Assembly: GCA_030390025.1 (NCBI GenBank)
Contig: CM059432.1
Location: 83,206,001-83,270,000 of the forward strand
Direction of reading: 5' to 3'
DNA: 64,000 nt
DNA from: Squalus acanthias
Taxonomy: Eukaryota
This document shows, piece after piece, positions 1-12,259 of the stretch; the stretch's first letter is position 1, and the number at the start of each line of letters is the position of its first letter. A model generated the notes under the pieces. That model saw only the letters and a program-made list of their open reading frames with translations. It did no database searches and was not told the DNA's origin. Made by a program: the position numbers and the translations under genes.

Positions 1-1128
1 CTCATTTTAAAATAATTAGTATGTGCTCCTAGCACAGCTTTGGCCTTGCACTGACAGCTAACTTAAATGGAGAAATTCCAAAACTCAGCCAGCAGCTCAA
101 ATTTAAGGGAATGTGCATACTTAAGGTAAATGTTGTTTCAGCCTTTGTAAAGATTTAAAATGGATTTGAAATATTTGTCACCCTTTGCCAAGGCTCGGGA
201 GTGGGCGAGAGGAAGTGGTGCCAGGCAGAAATGAAGTGACAGAAATTCCTCTCGAAGCATAAAACTGAGTCTATTGTTAAGTGACCACGCGGGCAACATT
301 CTTACTGGTTTGATAGCTAGCAAAGTGGATGTGCTGCATGAGGTGGGTGTGAGGGGCCCTACCCTGTTTGGCACTTCAGGGCACCCTCCCAGAGAACATC
401 AGTGGATATCGTCGGTCAGATGGCAGCCAGACTCAACGGTGTGTACTATACATGGGTCAGCAATACAGCAACCTGTACTCCCAGAAACCCCAGCACTCAG
501 CAAATGTTCTGTGCCATCAAGCTGATGCCTCTTTTCCAGAGGGAAAGTGATGAATGTGTTGTCTCTTGAAAACAAGGCTTCCATCACTTGCTTGATGCAT
601 CTGGGAGAATGACTGACTGATTTAGTGCAAGTCACTGGAGATAGCTTGGAAGGATCCGGTGCCATGGAAATGTAATTCACGCTCACAAGAGCTGTTTCTA
701 AGGTGTAAGTTGTCTGCAGGTAGCTTCCAAGAGGCAGCATAACTATATGGCAGCACTCATATCAAGTAAAGGCACCAAAAATAGGTCTCTTCTGTCTAGG
801 CCAGTAAATGCAGGTATTGGACTAAGGACAGGTGTATACATAAGTACTATCACAACATTTATTGTGCTCACCACGGAATTACTGTTTATCGAAGATTTTC
901 TGTAAATGTTTCTCCCTGCCTCTCCAAGAGGTATTGACACTGGCTATGATATAGTTACACAGTCATAGGCAGCCATCCAGTACCTTGTGCAACTAGTGGT
1001 TCTTCATGTGTATGCCTAAAAGAGAGTGTTGGTTGGCTATTTATGCACAGAGGACATTAGAACACAAGCCGGATTCTGTTCTCATCCAGCAGTCACACTT
1101 GCATTTTGCAGCAGGGGCCACTGGATAG

Positions 1129-1871
1129 TTTTTTTTATTCGTTTATGGGATGTGGGCGTCGCTAGCAAGGCCAGCATTTACTGCCCATCCCTAATTGCCC
1201 TCGAGAAGGTGGTGGTGAGCCGCCTTCTTGAACTGCTGCAGTCCATGTGGTGAAGGTTCTCCCCCAGTGCTGTTAGGGAGGGAGTTCCAGGATTTTGACC
1301 TAGCGACGATGAAGGATCGGCGATATACTTCTAAGTCAGGATGATGTGTGACTTGGAGGGGAACTTGGAGGTGGTAGTGTTCCCATGCGCCTGCTGCCCT
1401 TGTCCTTTTAGGTGGAAGAGATCGCAGGTTTGGGAGGTGCTGCCAAAGAAGCCTTGGCGAGTTGCTGCAGTGCATCTTGCAGATGGTACACACTGCAGCC
1501 ACGGTATGCCGGTGGTGGAGGGAGTGAATGTTTAAGGTGGTGGATGGGGTGCCAATCAAACGTGCTGCTTTGTCCTGGATGGTGTCGAGCTTCTTGAGTG
1601 TTGTTGGAGCTGCACTCATCCAGGCAAGTGGAGATTATTCCATCACACTCCTTACTTGTGCCTTGTAGATGGTGGAAAGGCTTTGGGGAGTCAGGAGGTG
1701 AGACACTCGCCGCAGAATACCCAGCCTCTGACCTGCTCTTGTTGCCACAGTATTTATGTGGCTGGTCCAGTTAAGTTTCTGGTCAATGGTGACCCCCAGG
1801 ATGTTGATGGTGGGGGATTCGGCGATGGTAATGCTGTTGAATGTCAAGGGGAGGTGGTTAGACTCTCCCTC
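1129..1871 (-). mobile_element. non-LTR retrotransposon 3' part (CR1/L2-group, distinct family with A-rich tail)
   Basis: ILGVTIDQKLNWTSHI...IYKAQVRSVMEY...LDTIQDKAARLI; two further copies in this window. Confidence 0.85.
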
Positions 1872-2474
1872 CTCCTTAGCCCAGGGGTGCTGAAACAAAT
1901 AGTATTATGCAAATGTCACACTGACCAAGATCAGCTTGTTCAGCACAGACCAGGAATTGAACCCAGGACCTTTTTGTCCATATGGCTTGACACCCCAACT
2001 AAAAATGCATTTATGCATAAAGCCACCAGGGAGCTATGGATGAAGGCAACATTTTTGGTGCAGTGGTCCCACCCTAACACTGAAAAATGCCCCAATGTTA
2101 AAAGCCACTTTATAATCAATATAATATAATCGATCTTGCTGCAATCAACCGTATTGCCGAAACCAGTCTCTGAAGTTGTAAATGCCCACCCCAGGCCCTT
2201 ACCAACACTGGACACCAGAGACACACAGGTGCCAATCACGGGAAATATGTCCTATGCTGTATTTCCCTCATTCGAATAGTGTGATAATACTCCCACGCTC
2301 ACTTCAAGCGGCCTTTTTGATGGGTGCAAAAAGAGTTTAGCTGTCCACCCACCCAAGGAATGCCAGTTTCCCTATGTAACCAGAAAGAAAAAGAAAAACC
2401 CTTTTCTGTATTGAAAATATAGATTAACAATTTGGAGGTGAATTGTGGATAATCTGAAAAGAATCCCTCCGTGG

Positions 2475-2708
2475 TGTAAAAGTCAGATAGCCAGGTGGTG
2501 AAAGATAGAATACTAGAGCCTAGTCTTCAGTTGCTTACAAGCCTTTATTTACAGAGACACACATTGCATACCATACACCCCAAGCTAAGCTCCTCTACTT
2601 CTCGAGCCTGCTCCTATATATATGAACACAAGAGAGTCCCTAATTAATACCCACCATCTGAATACAATGAACACCCAATTGATATACACCACCTGAAAAC
2701 AGTTAACA
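2475..2708 (-). mobile_element. small solo LTR (234 bp)
   Basis: TGTAA...TTAACA termini; 5-bp TSD CGTGG/TGTGG (CpG transition); on the minus strand a TATA-like run (about 2615-2623) precedes AATAAA (2544-2549). Confidence 0.6.
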
Positions 2709-3037
2709 TGTGGTGTTAAAGAATAGGAAGACAACTTTCTACCATCGAGAGGTCAGTTTTATTTTCCATGTTCCATCTGTGTGATGGACCATGATTGCCT
2801 TTTCTATTTATCCCCCTTGTTTGAAACAATTAAAGAGATAAAATGTTGAATGTTCATTGCAATCAAACTGAAGTCATTTTAGATGACACAAAGATCAGTT
2901 TCAGGATGTGTGTATTTGAAAATGATCCAGAAATGCAATGTCATTAGTGACTTACATACCCTTCTATGCTGACCAACAAAAGTTCAAGGAAACACTAATA
3001 GATTTAATGTCAGCACTAACAGATTTAAAATTTGTAC

Positions 3038-3181
3038 CTTACAGCCAGTATGTTAAAGTTTCCAGCAGCTAAATCGAGACTTTGATTTTGAGCTCCAGCA
3101 AGACCAAATCCAAATGTAAGGACAGACAGGGAGAGAGTAAGCAGTCGTGCCACTACGAACAAGAAGGCCCAAAGTGTAAAA
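3038..3181 (-). CDS. TRAM1: TRAM1 coding exon 9 (later exons lie outside the window)
   Basis: ttctag acceptor; [47 protein letters not shown](R); GTAC donor; 144 nt. Confidence 0.95.
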
Positions 3182-3458
3182 CTAGAATTAAAAAAACACA
3201 GATTAATAAGATATTGAATGCAATATATAGCTGAGAAAAACAGAGAGTAATGTCAGACGTCTGTAAAATTCATAAAAACAAGGGAATTTTAACTAGCTCT
3301 TTAGAAAGAGTTTCCTGCAACATTAAGTTCTTTTTGCTCTTCCTCATTACTCTGAGCTGGAGGAAGAAGTTTAAAGAAAGAACTTGTATTTATATAGCAC
3401 TTTTCATGACCTCAGGACATCGCAAAACGCTTTACAGCCAACAAAGTACTTTTAAAAT

Positions 3459-3574
3459 AATACAATAGCAAAATACTGCAGATGCTGGAAATCTGAAATA
3501 ACAACAGAAAATGCTGGAAACACTCAGCAGGTCAGGCAACATCCGTGGAGAGAGAAACGTTTCAGGTCTGTGAC
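3459..3574 (-). mobile_element. PLE 3'-end fragment (same family as 4233-4471)
   Basis: Reverse complement of the ...CTGCTGAGTRTTTCCAGCATTTTCTG...CATCTGCAGTATTTTGC end. Confidence 0.75.
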
Positions 3575-4232
3575 TGTGAAAACAGTCAGCCCCCAAACCA
3601 TATTAAGTATTTGCTTTACACGAGATGTGGACCACCTAACAGGAGGTGTGCCTCCATACACGTGGTAGAAGATTTCCCCATCAACATGTGACTTATTCGG
3701 TGGCTTCTTCCTAATCTTCAAAATAAAGGGACTAAATAGTAAACCTGTTAAATTCTGAAAGTATTATTTTAATTTAATAGTATTTCTTAAAGATTTACAT
3801 CCTCTACAGTTAGTGAATTTTATAGTCCAATTTATGTTGCTCCTGTCCTGTCTCAGTGGAGTGTTCTAACAGTGCTTTAAGCTGAATGTCAACCATGCTC
3901 TTTGCATTGTACTCAGCTTAATAAATGTTTTGGTGTTGTATATTAGGTGGCAAAAGAGAGTACAGGCTGAAGCAATTGCAATAAGGATTGATGTCTCATG
4001 AAACTAATCTCAAGTTGCACCGAGCCATATCAGTGTGCTATACAGACGCGGGAAATATCAGGTTGAATTGGTGGTCTCTGCTGCAGAGATGCTTCAAATA
4101 GCCTCATTGTACCTACACCAAGAATAAAAATAAGATCGTCCAGGGTTCTCATTCTGGATCTCAGTCCAGTCACCCTCGTGGCAAAACACGCATGTATGGA
4201 CGTTAGGTGAGGTCAGGATTAGGTTTAGCTGT

Positions 4233-4471
4233 AATAGAAACAGAAAATGCTGGAAATACTCAGCAGGTCAGGCAGCATTTGTGGAGAGAGAAACAGAGTT
4301 AACGTTTCAGGTCGATGACCCTTTGTCAGAACAGTTCTGACGAAAAGTCATCGACCTGAAACATTAACTCTGTTCCTCTCCACAAATGCTGCCTGGCCTG
4401 ACCTGCTGAGTATTTCCAGCATTTTCTGTTTCTATTTCAGATTTCCAGCATCTGCAGTACTTTGCTTTTGT
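4233..4471. mobile_element. miniature non-autonomous PLE: inverted pLTR pair + tail, 15-bp TSD
   Basis: Arms 4233-4332 and 4334-4436; tail 4437-4471; TSD ATTAGGTTTAGCTGT at 4218-4232 and 4472-4486; hammerhead-like motifs at 4298-4332 (-) and 4334-4368 (+). Confidence 0.85.
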
Positions 4472-4621
4472 ATTAGGTTTAGCTGTGCTGCCCCCAAAAT
4501 GCACCGCTTTTGCTACCACCTGAGAATGGCCATTTTGACAAAAGTATTGGAGAGCTGTCAGTATCCCAGTATAAGTGACCACATTAAGGGGGTGGGGGGA
4601 GAGGGGAAATCAGGAGCAAAG

Positions 4622-7208
4622 AAAGACCCACAAATAGGAACATAAAAGCGGATTGTAAAAGCTTCTACAAGTATGTAAAAAGAAAAAGATTAATGAAAAC
4701 AAATGTAGGTCCATTACAGTCAGAAACGGGAGAATTTATAATGGGGAACAAGGAAATGGCAGAGCAATTAAACACATAGGCCCGTATTTTCCGATCGCAG
4801 GCCTCCCGCGGGCGGAGGCCTGCGATCTGGAAAAATCTGCCCCCTTACCCGAGGGCTCCCCAGACGTGCACAGTTCTGATGCTGGGCCTCACCAAACTCC
4901 AAGTGCGCAGGGCCCACATATCCCAGAGGCGCATGTAGTTCGCAGCGTCCCTGGGATCATGTGGGCCATGGGGAGCCAATCACAGAAGGGAATCTCCCTT
5001 CATACATTTGACAGGAAGACCTGTCAAATATATGAATGGAGATCAATGAAAAAATAGTAAAACTTTAAATAAATAAAAAAAAACCACCATCACATTTTTA
5101 AAATGACTTGAAATTACAATAAATTAAGTATTTTAAACAAAAATTTAATTTATTGAAAAAAATAATTAAAGTATATTCTGGGGCTAAAAATAAACTGTTT
5201 TTAAAAAAGTATTTTTAAATGATAAGTCAGTGAAAATTTAAAAAAAAAACTTTTTTTCTACTCTTATCCTGGTAAAAGCAGGCCTTACGCCTGCTTTTAC
5301 CAGGCGTAAGAATTGTAAGGGTTTTCTGCGGGCGGAGGGTCTCCAAAAAGCAGAACTATCCACCCACAGAGGCCCTTCTCCAGGGCAGCCGGAGGATCTG
5401 TCAAGAGGATTCCTGACAGATCAGAAATGCCGGTTTTCAGCGCATGCCTGAAACCGGCATTTCCGATGTTCCCACCCGTAGGGATCGGAATATCCGGCCC
5501 ATACTTTGGTTCTGTCTTCATGGAAGAAGACACAAATAACTTCCCAGAAATGCTAGGGAACCAAGGGTTTAGTGAGAAGGAGGAATTAAAGGAAATTAGT
5601 ATTAGTAAAAAAATAGCGATGGAGAAATTAATGGGACTGAAAGTCGATAAATCCCCAGGGTCTGATAATCTGCATCCCAGAGGTAGCCATGGAAATAGTG
5701 GATGCATTGGTTGTCATCTTCCAAAATTCTATAGATTATGGAACAGTTCCTGCAGATTGGAGGGTGGCAAATGTAACCCCACTATTTAAAAAAGGAGGGA
5801 GAGAGAAAACAGGGAACTACAGACCGGTTAGCCTAACATCAGTAGTAGGGAAAATGCTAGAGTCTATTATAAAGGATGTGATAACAGGACACTTAGAAAA
5901 TATCAACGGGATTAGACAAAGTCAACATGGATTTATGAAAGGGAAATCGTGTTTGACAAACCTACTGGAGTTTTTTGAGGATGTAACTGGTAGAATAGAT
6001 AAGGGAGAACCAGTGGATGTGGTGTGTTTGGATTTTCAGAAGGCCTTTGATAAAGTCCCACATAAGAGGTTAGTGTGCAAAATTAAAGCACGTGGGATTG
6101 GGGGTAATATACTGGCATGGATTGAAAATTGGTTAACAGATGGAAACAGAGAGTAGGAATAAATGGGACTTTTTCGGGGTGGCAGGCGGTGGCTCGTGGA
6201 GTACCGCAGGGATCAGTGCTTGGGCCCCAGCTATTCACAATATATATCAATGATTTGGATGAGGGAACCAAATGTAATATTTCCAAGTTTGCTGACGACA
6301 CAAAACTAGGTGGGATTGTGAGTTGTGAGGAGGATGCAAAGAGGCTTCAAGGCGATTTAGACAAGTTGAGTAAGTGGGCAAATACATGAGAGATGCAGTA
6401 TAACGTGGATAAATGTGAAGTTATCCACTTCGGTAGGAAAAACAGAAAGGCAGAGTATTATTTAAATGGTGATAGATTGGGAAATGCTGATGTACAAAGG
6501 GACCTGGGTGTCCTTGTACACCAGTCACTGAAAGCAAACATGCAGGTGCAGCAAGCAGTTAGGAAGGCAAATGGTATGTTGGCCTTCATTGCAAGAGGAT
6601 TTGAGTACAGGAGCAAGGATGTCTTACTACAGTTATACAGGGCCTTGGTGAGATCACACCTGGAGTAGTGTGCGCAGTTTTGGTCTCCTTACCCAAGAAA
6701 GGATATACTTGCCATAGAGGGCGTGCAGCGAAGGTTCACCAGACTGATTCCTGGGATGGCAGGACTGTCGTATGAGGAGAGATTGGGTCGACTAGGCCTG
6801 TATTCACTAGAGTTTAGAAGAATGAGAGGGGACCTCATTGAAATGTATAAAATTCTGACAGGGCTAGATAGACTGGATGCAGGGAGGATGTTTCCCCTGG
6901 CTGGGGGATCTAGAACGAGGGGTCACAGTCTCAGGATACAGGGTAGCACATTTAGGACTGAGATGAGGAGAAATGTCTTCACTCAGAGGGTGGTGAACCT
7001 GTGGAAATCTCTACCACAGAAGGCTGTGGAGGCCAAGTCACTGAATATGTTTAAGGAAGAGATAGATAGATTTCTAGACACAAAAGGCATCAAGGGGTAT
7101 GGGGAGAGAGCAGGAATATGGTATTGAGATAGAGGATCAGCCATGATCATATTGAATGGCGGAACAGGCTCGAATGGCCTACTCCTGCTCCGATTTTTCT
7201 ATGTTTCT
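4622..7208 (+). mobile_element. CR1 LINE, 5'-truncated, disrupted ORF2
   Basis: [49 protein letters not shown]; typical 3' UTR ending CTATGTTTCT. Confidence 0.95.
4779..5500. mobile_element. Harbinger-type MITE inserted in a CR1
   Basis: Imperfect 18-bp TIR GGCCCGTATTTTCCGATC / GATCGGAATATCCGGCCC; TSD ATA; the CR1 sequence rejoins across it. Confidence 0.8.
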
Positions 7209-7452
7209 AAATATTGTACTGGGGTATCAGTGAGGAAGTCAGAGATTTTCCACAATCTAATACATTTTCCAAAATAATGCTTCAGCAAGTAATGTCTAAC
7301 TCTGCATAAGAACTTCTCATACAAGGAACAGAGCTTCAAGATGTATTATTTTGAATATTTGGATAACATTGAATAATTAAGCTTGTAGTGGTCAGCACTT
7401 AGTGTTTCCATTAACCACTTACTTAAGCGATTGGAAATATTAGATGTACTCA

Positions 7453-7647
<195 letters not shown>

Positions 7648-8668
7648 TTACCCTACTCATAGTAACGGTATCAAAGACTAAAACATCAGCATTGAAGAGC
7701 CTGATTCTCAACAGTTAATTATAATATATACACAAGTGAAAGCAGTCCAAAAGTATAACTACTGGTGTACCAGCGTGCTCCATCTTCAGATTAGGGCCAA
7801 ATTCAGATACAATTCACAGTATACCAAATTCCTAATCTCAGTGACTGAGCAAGGCAAGACATGGAGGGATTTTTTTTTTTTGAAGTATGCAGATGGATAA
7901 AACCAGACTGCTGCACATAACTTCTAGAAGCTAAATACAGAGGGATGTTCGCAGGATGCCTGTCTGCTCTCATATGAGAAACAGGGTGAGGTTTGGGAAA
8001 TAAAAATAAGTAGCATATTTATGATTTCACTTACAATACACACATGTGAATGACATCTTGAAATTAAAAGATGAAGAAAACTAGAGCAGTCTGGAGAACA
8101 ATGTTCCCTTTAAGCCGCGCAGCTCTCTGGACCTCCTGTGCAGCTGGCTTGTCGGCTTTTCAATGGGAAGAACCGCGCAAGTGCAGTATTTTGAATGGGC
8201 CGCGCAGCCCCTTAAAGGGGCCGTGCACCCAAAAAAAAACATTAATGGGAACATTGCTGGAGAAACGAAAATGATGGGAGAGAACTTAGTGAGCACATTG
8301 TTAAAGACTGGCCTAAAAATGCCACTTGAACATTGAAGGACATGCAGATGAGGTTAGATGAAGTAGGGTGGGAGGAGGCTTGTGTGGAGCATAAACAAAA
8401 GCACAGATCAGTTGGGCCAAATGGCCTGTTTTTATGCTGTAAATTCTATGTAATCTCGCATCAAACCAGCTTGAGCATAGTGCTGACAGCGCTCTTACAG
8501 CTGGCATCACAGGGAATGAGCCACCCCTCTTCATTACCTCCTTCTAGTTGTCCCTCTCAGTCAAACAGTCTCCCAATACTCACTATCTAGCCTCAAACAG
8601 AAATGGCCATTTGGATCATCCCTGTATGAGGCTTCAGAAAGCGCGGAGAAAACATCTGATGTAGTAGT

Positions 8669-9353
8669 AGCCCAGATTCTGCGGCGGTAATGACGATGAA
8701 ACTGTCAGCATTCGCCATCATTACCTCTTTGAAACTGACAGCAAGTTCTGGAGAAAGCGCATGCGCACATAAACGTGGAATTCCAGAAGTTGCTGTCAGT
8801 GATTCTACGCTTCTCCATAGGATACGCTGTTGAACTCCCTGGAGCCGGCAATCTTTGGGAAATCACTGAACTAACGAGAACTTAAAGCTTTTATCCTGTA
8901 ATATTAATCTCATTAAATGGCGGAACAGGCTCGAGGGGCCAAATGGCCTACTCCTGCTCCTATCTTCTATGTTTCTATGCTCTTTAAAAAAAAACCCGAA
9001 AAAGTTAAGCCTTTTGAATGAGGTGTAACTGGATTTTTAAATGGTGTACTGATTCAAAATTACTGCTGAACAACCGTTTTGGCCCTGAAAAAACTAATTT
9101 TATATTTGTGGAATGTCAAATTTTTTTAATTCCATGGTTTTTAAATATAATTTTTCATTTATTTAAATTTAAAAAAAAGTTTATTTATGATATTTCAGCT
9201 GCTAACTTAATCCCATGTGTATGTCCCAATCTTTATTTCGCTCTCTAAAATTATTAAAAAGTGAAGGAAAATCAATGCATTTTACTTTCTGGTTTGCTGT
9301 GAGAATTCTTCAATGATCGTCGTCGCTTCACCGCTGACCGCAAATTCTGGCCC
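8669..9353. mobile_element. Harbinger-type MITE (same family as 58799-61197), containing a short CR1 3' tail at about 8906-8978
   Basis: Termini AGCCCAGATTCTGCGG / CCGCAAATTCTGGCCC; internal sequence is the reverse complement of parts of 60632-61197. Confidence 0.7.
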
Positions 9354-9476
9354 AATAAGTCTGACTTCTGGAGATTTGACTTATCAAGGTTTATTTCAGC
9401 TGTCTCATTCATGTTGCACAACAGCTTTTGAGGCCTGGCCTCTTATCCACACCGGTTTAAAATAAAAACCACTTAC

Positions 9477-9547
9477 TTTAACAGGTAAGCTCCAGCAATG
9501 TGAAAAACATACAAACTTGTGTACACAAGCTGCCGAGGAATATCCTC
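9477..9547 (-). CDS. TRAM1: TRAM1 coding exon 7
   Basis: ttttcag acceptor; EDIPRQLVYTSLYVFHIAGAYLL(N); GTAAG donor; 71 nt. Confidence 0.95.
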
Positions 9548-10616
9548 CTGAAAACAGAAAGGCATTCAAGTGATTACAAACCACTAACAGCAGAGTATAA
9601 TTCAAATGTTCACTTTAAAGGTCTTTGAATGCAAACAATCTTGGCTGGAATGCATAATACTATCACTACAAGGCACTGTTGCAGCCATATATTCAAAATG
9701 TTTAATCAACAATTTGCAATAAATTCTAACCTTCTACTTACTACCAGGCCATAGTGCAGCATTAGTACACCAACCATCTAGCTCTTTTAAATATCAATGA
9801 CAACCTAGCAAACTGTTAGTAAGCCCAACTCAAAATAATCACAAGGAAGCCAGTCTGCCCCTTCTGAAGGGTGCAAGGATCTGCACAAGGTGTTGCAAAG
9901 GTTTTTCTCTTTCATTAGACACAGTAGAAGTTGCTTCTGAAAGGACTGAGTTTTGCTGGGACATGGTTCCACAGGTGCTGATTCTGCTCTGGTACCTCTC
10001 CCAAGTGCCAAGTGACCACTCTGAGAGATAGCCTGGGCATTAAATGTTAGCAGGCTATTTAACCACAGGGGGATGGGGGGGGGGGGGGGGCAGGGGGTGG
10101 CGTGAGAGACGAGTCTGACCGTGTCCTCACCCAATGATCACACACACATGTGCCCACTTTCCAGTGCATCATTTGATGGAAATCAGGAGCGGAAACTCCA
10201 ATGGAGTTTCCTCCACTCCCCAACCCAGAGGCTCCAAGACTAACTTTACCTATACACTTGCTGCTTGGCTGTGAACAGCACAGACTGGCAACTTAAACCA
10301 GAACATTCTGGTCTGTATAGCTACACCAAGCAGTGGCTTTGTCCACTCAGCCATCAGGGAAACTCAGAACTGGTTTCCATAATGTAGGCTTAGTCATTCA
10401 AGGTAACTTTACAATGCCCCACCACAGAGCTTTGTTAGCCATTAGTGTGGGTCGGAAAATCAGGTCTACAACTTCTTTGCCATTGCATTCGCCACTAGTG
10501 AGACTCTCCACTGGGAGAGAAAAATCACCCCTTTTATCTTTACTTAACTTTCCTTGTTAATTGACTCATCCCTCCCAATATCTGGCACTGCAGCTGCGAA
10601 GGTATGCACAACATCA

Positions 10617-10883
<267 letters not shown>

Positions 10884-11689
10884 TTAAATACATACACTGC
10901 TAAATATTTTGAAAACGTTATCATTACTATAAGCAACACATGGAGTTCCAGACATCTATGATATCCTTTGCTGGCAGCTCTGAACTAAGTTACTGCACAA
11001 ATATCACAATTTTCTTCACCATGAGAAGACGTAACTTCTCTTTCCTACATTCATTCTGACAGGATGACATAACGGTGATTGATAGTGCTCTTCACCTGGG
11101 ATTGCTGTAATATGCGCTTATAGTGTTAAACTAAGTAGCTATCAGCAATCAAATACATAGCATATGTCAACTCTTGTATGCATGTTGTTACTGGTCAGCA
11201 AGATGCAGCCCTTTGGAAACTAATCTTCATTCCAATAATTTTCTTTAATGTCTTGAGCTCCTGGCATATGACATCTTAAGACTTATGTAGATTTAAATAA
11301 ACAGAAAATTTTACAATTAAAATTCAGGTTATAGCCAGATCCTTCACATCATGTAAAGGATCTGACATCGTGCCCAGTAAGTTTATCGCAATGCCCAGAT
11401 TTGAATTTGGCTCACCCTCAATTTCCTCGTACCCTTTCTGAAGGCAGTACAACCCTCCAGAGCCTCTCACTAGTTACAATTTTTTATTGCAATAGTCTGG
11501 ATAGCAAGTGTCAACATGGTATTAGATTGTGGGGAACATCACAGCTACGGTGTGAGATATTGATGCTCTGCAAAAGATTGCAAGGGGGAAAAAGAGGGGA
11601 GCATTCGTTTGATAACTAGTTTAAGGATGTGGCATTGCTGTTTTCCAATATTTGCTTCTTTCACTAGCAGGAATTCTTAAAGTACTCAC

Positions 11690-11748
11690 GGCATCAGTGT
11701 ATGGGGGTAGCTTTCCCATAAATTTGTAGGATTTGTTGCATAATTTTC
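11690..11748 (-). CDS. TRAM1: TRAM1 coding exon 5
   Basis: tttctatag acceptor; ENYATNPTNLWESYPHTLM(P); GTGAG donor; 59 nt. Confidence 0.94.
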
Positions 11749-11847
11749 CTATAGAAAAATTTAAAGAGAAAGTGTTTGCTTAGGCCATGTGGTAATGCAC
11801 TATATTTAGTGAAACCAATAACTATGCAAAATAAACTTTATACTTAC

Positions 11848-11964
11848 AGAGGTTAGAATACATGTTCCCCAGACAAAAGAAACCAGGTAAAAGGCACTGA
11901 GTTGTCCAGATTCATTGAATTTGCTGTGCTTTGTTTTTGAAAAGTGCATCCGCCTGTTGATTTT
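11848..11964 (-). CDS. TRAM1: TRAM1 coding exon 4
   Basis: tttcag acceptor; [39 protein letters not shown] (TRAM1-type [19 protein letters not shown]); GTAAG donor; 117 nt. Confidence 0.96.
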
Positions 11965-12012
11965 CTGAAATGAAAGTTCATGGTCATTTTATTTATAGCT
12001 GCAAAAATCCTA

Positions 12013-12198
<186 letters not shown>

Positions 12199-12259
12199 TT
12201 ATTGATACTCAGATTCAAATTTTATATGCAAAACAAAAGTACAAATAGGCCTATCGTAG

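Noticed and set aside
1..3037. TRAM1 exon 10 onward
   Set aside because: No sequence encoding the expected ...WKFINFQL... segment was seen; presumably left of the window.
9950..10360. Ancient SINE-like remnants (similar patches near 1900, 4050, 15300, 16000, 47850, 49200, 51400, 51950 and 57820)
   Set aside because: They appear repetitive but are too decayed to bound or name without a library search.
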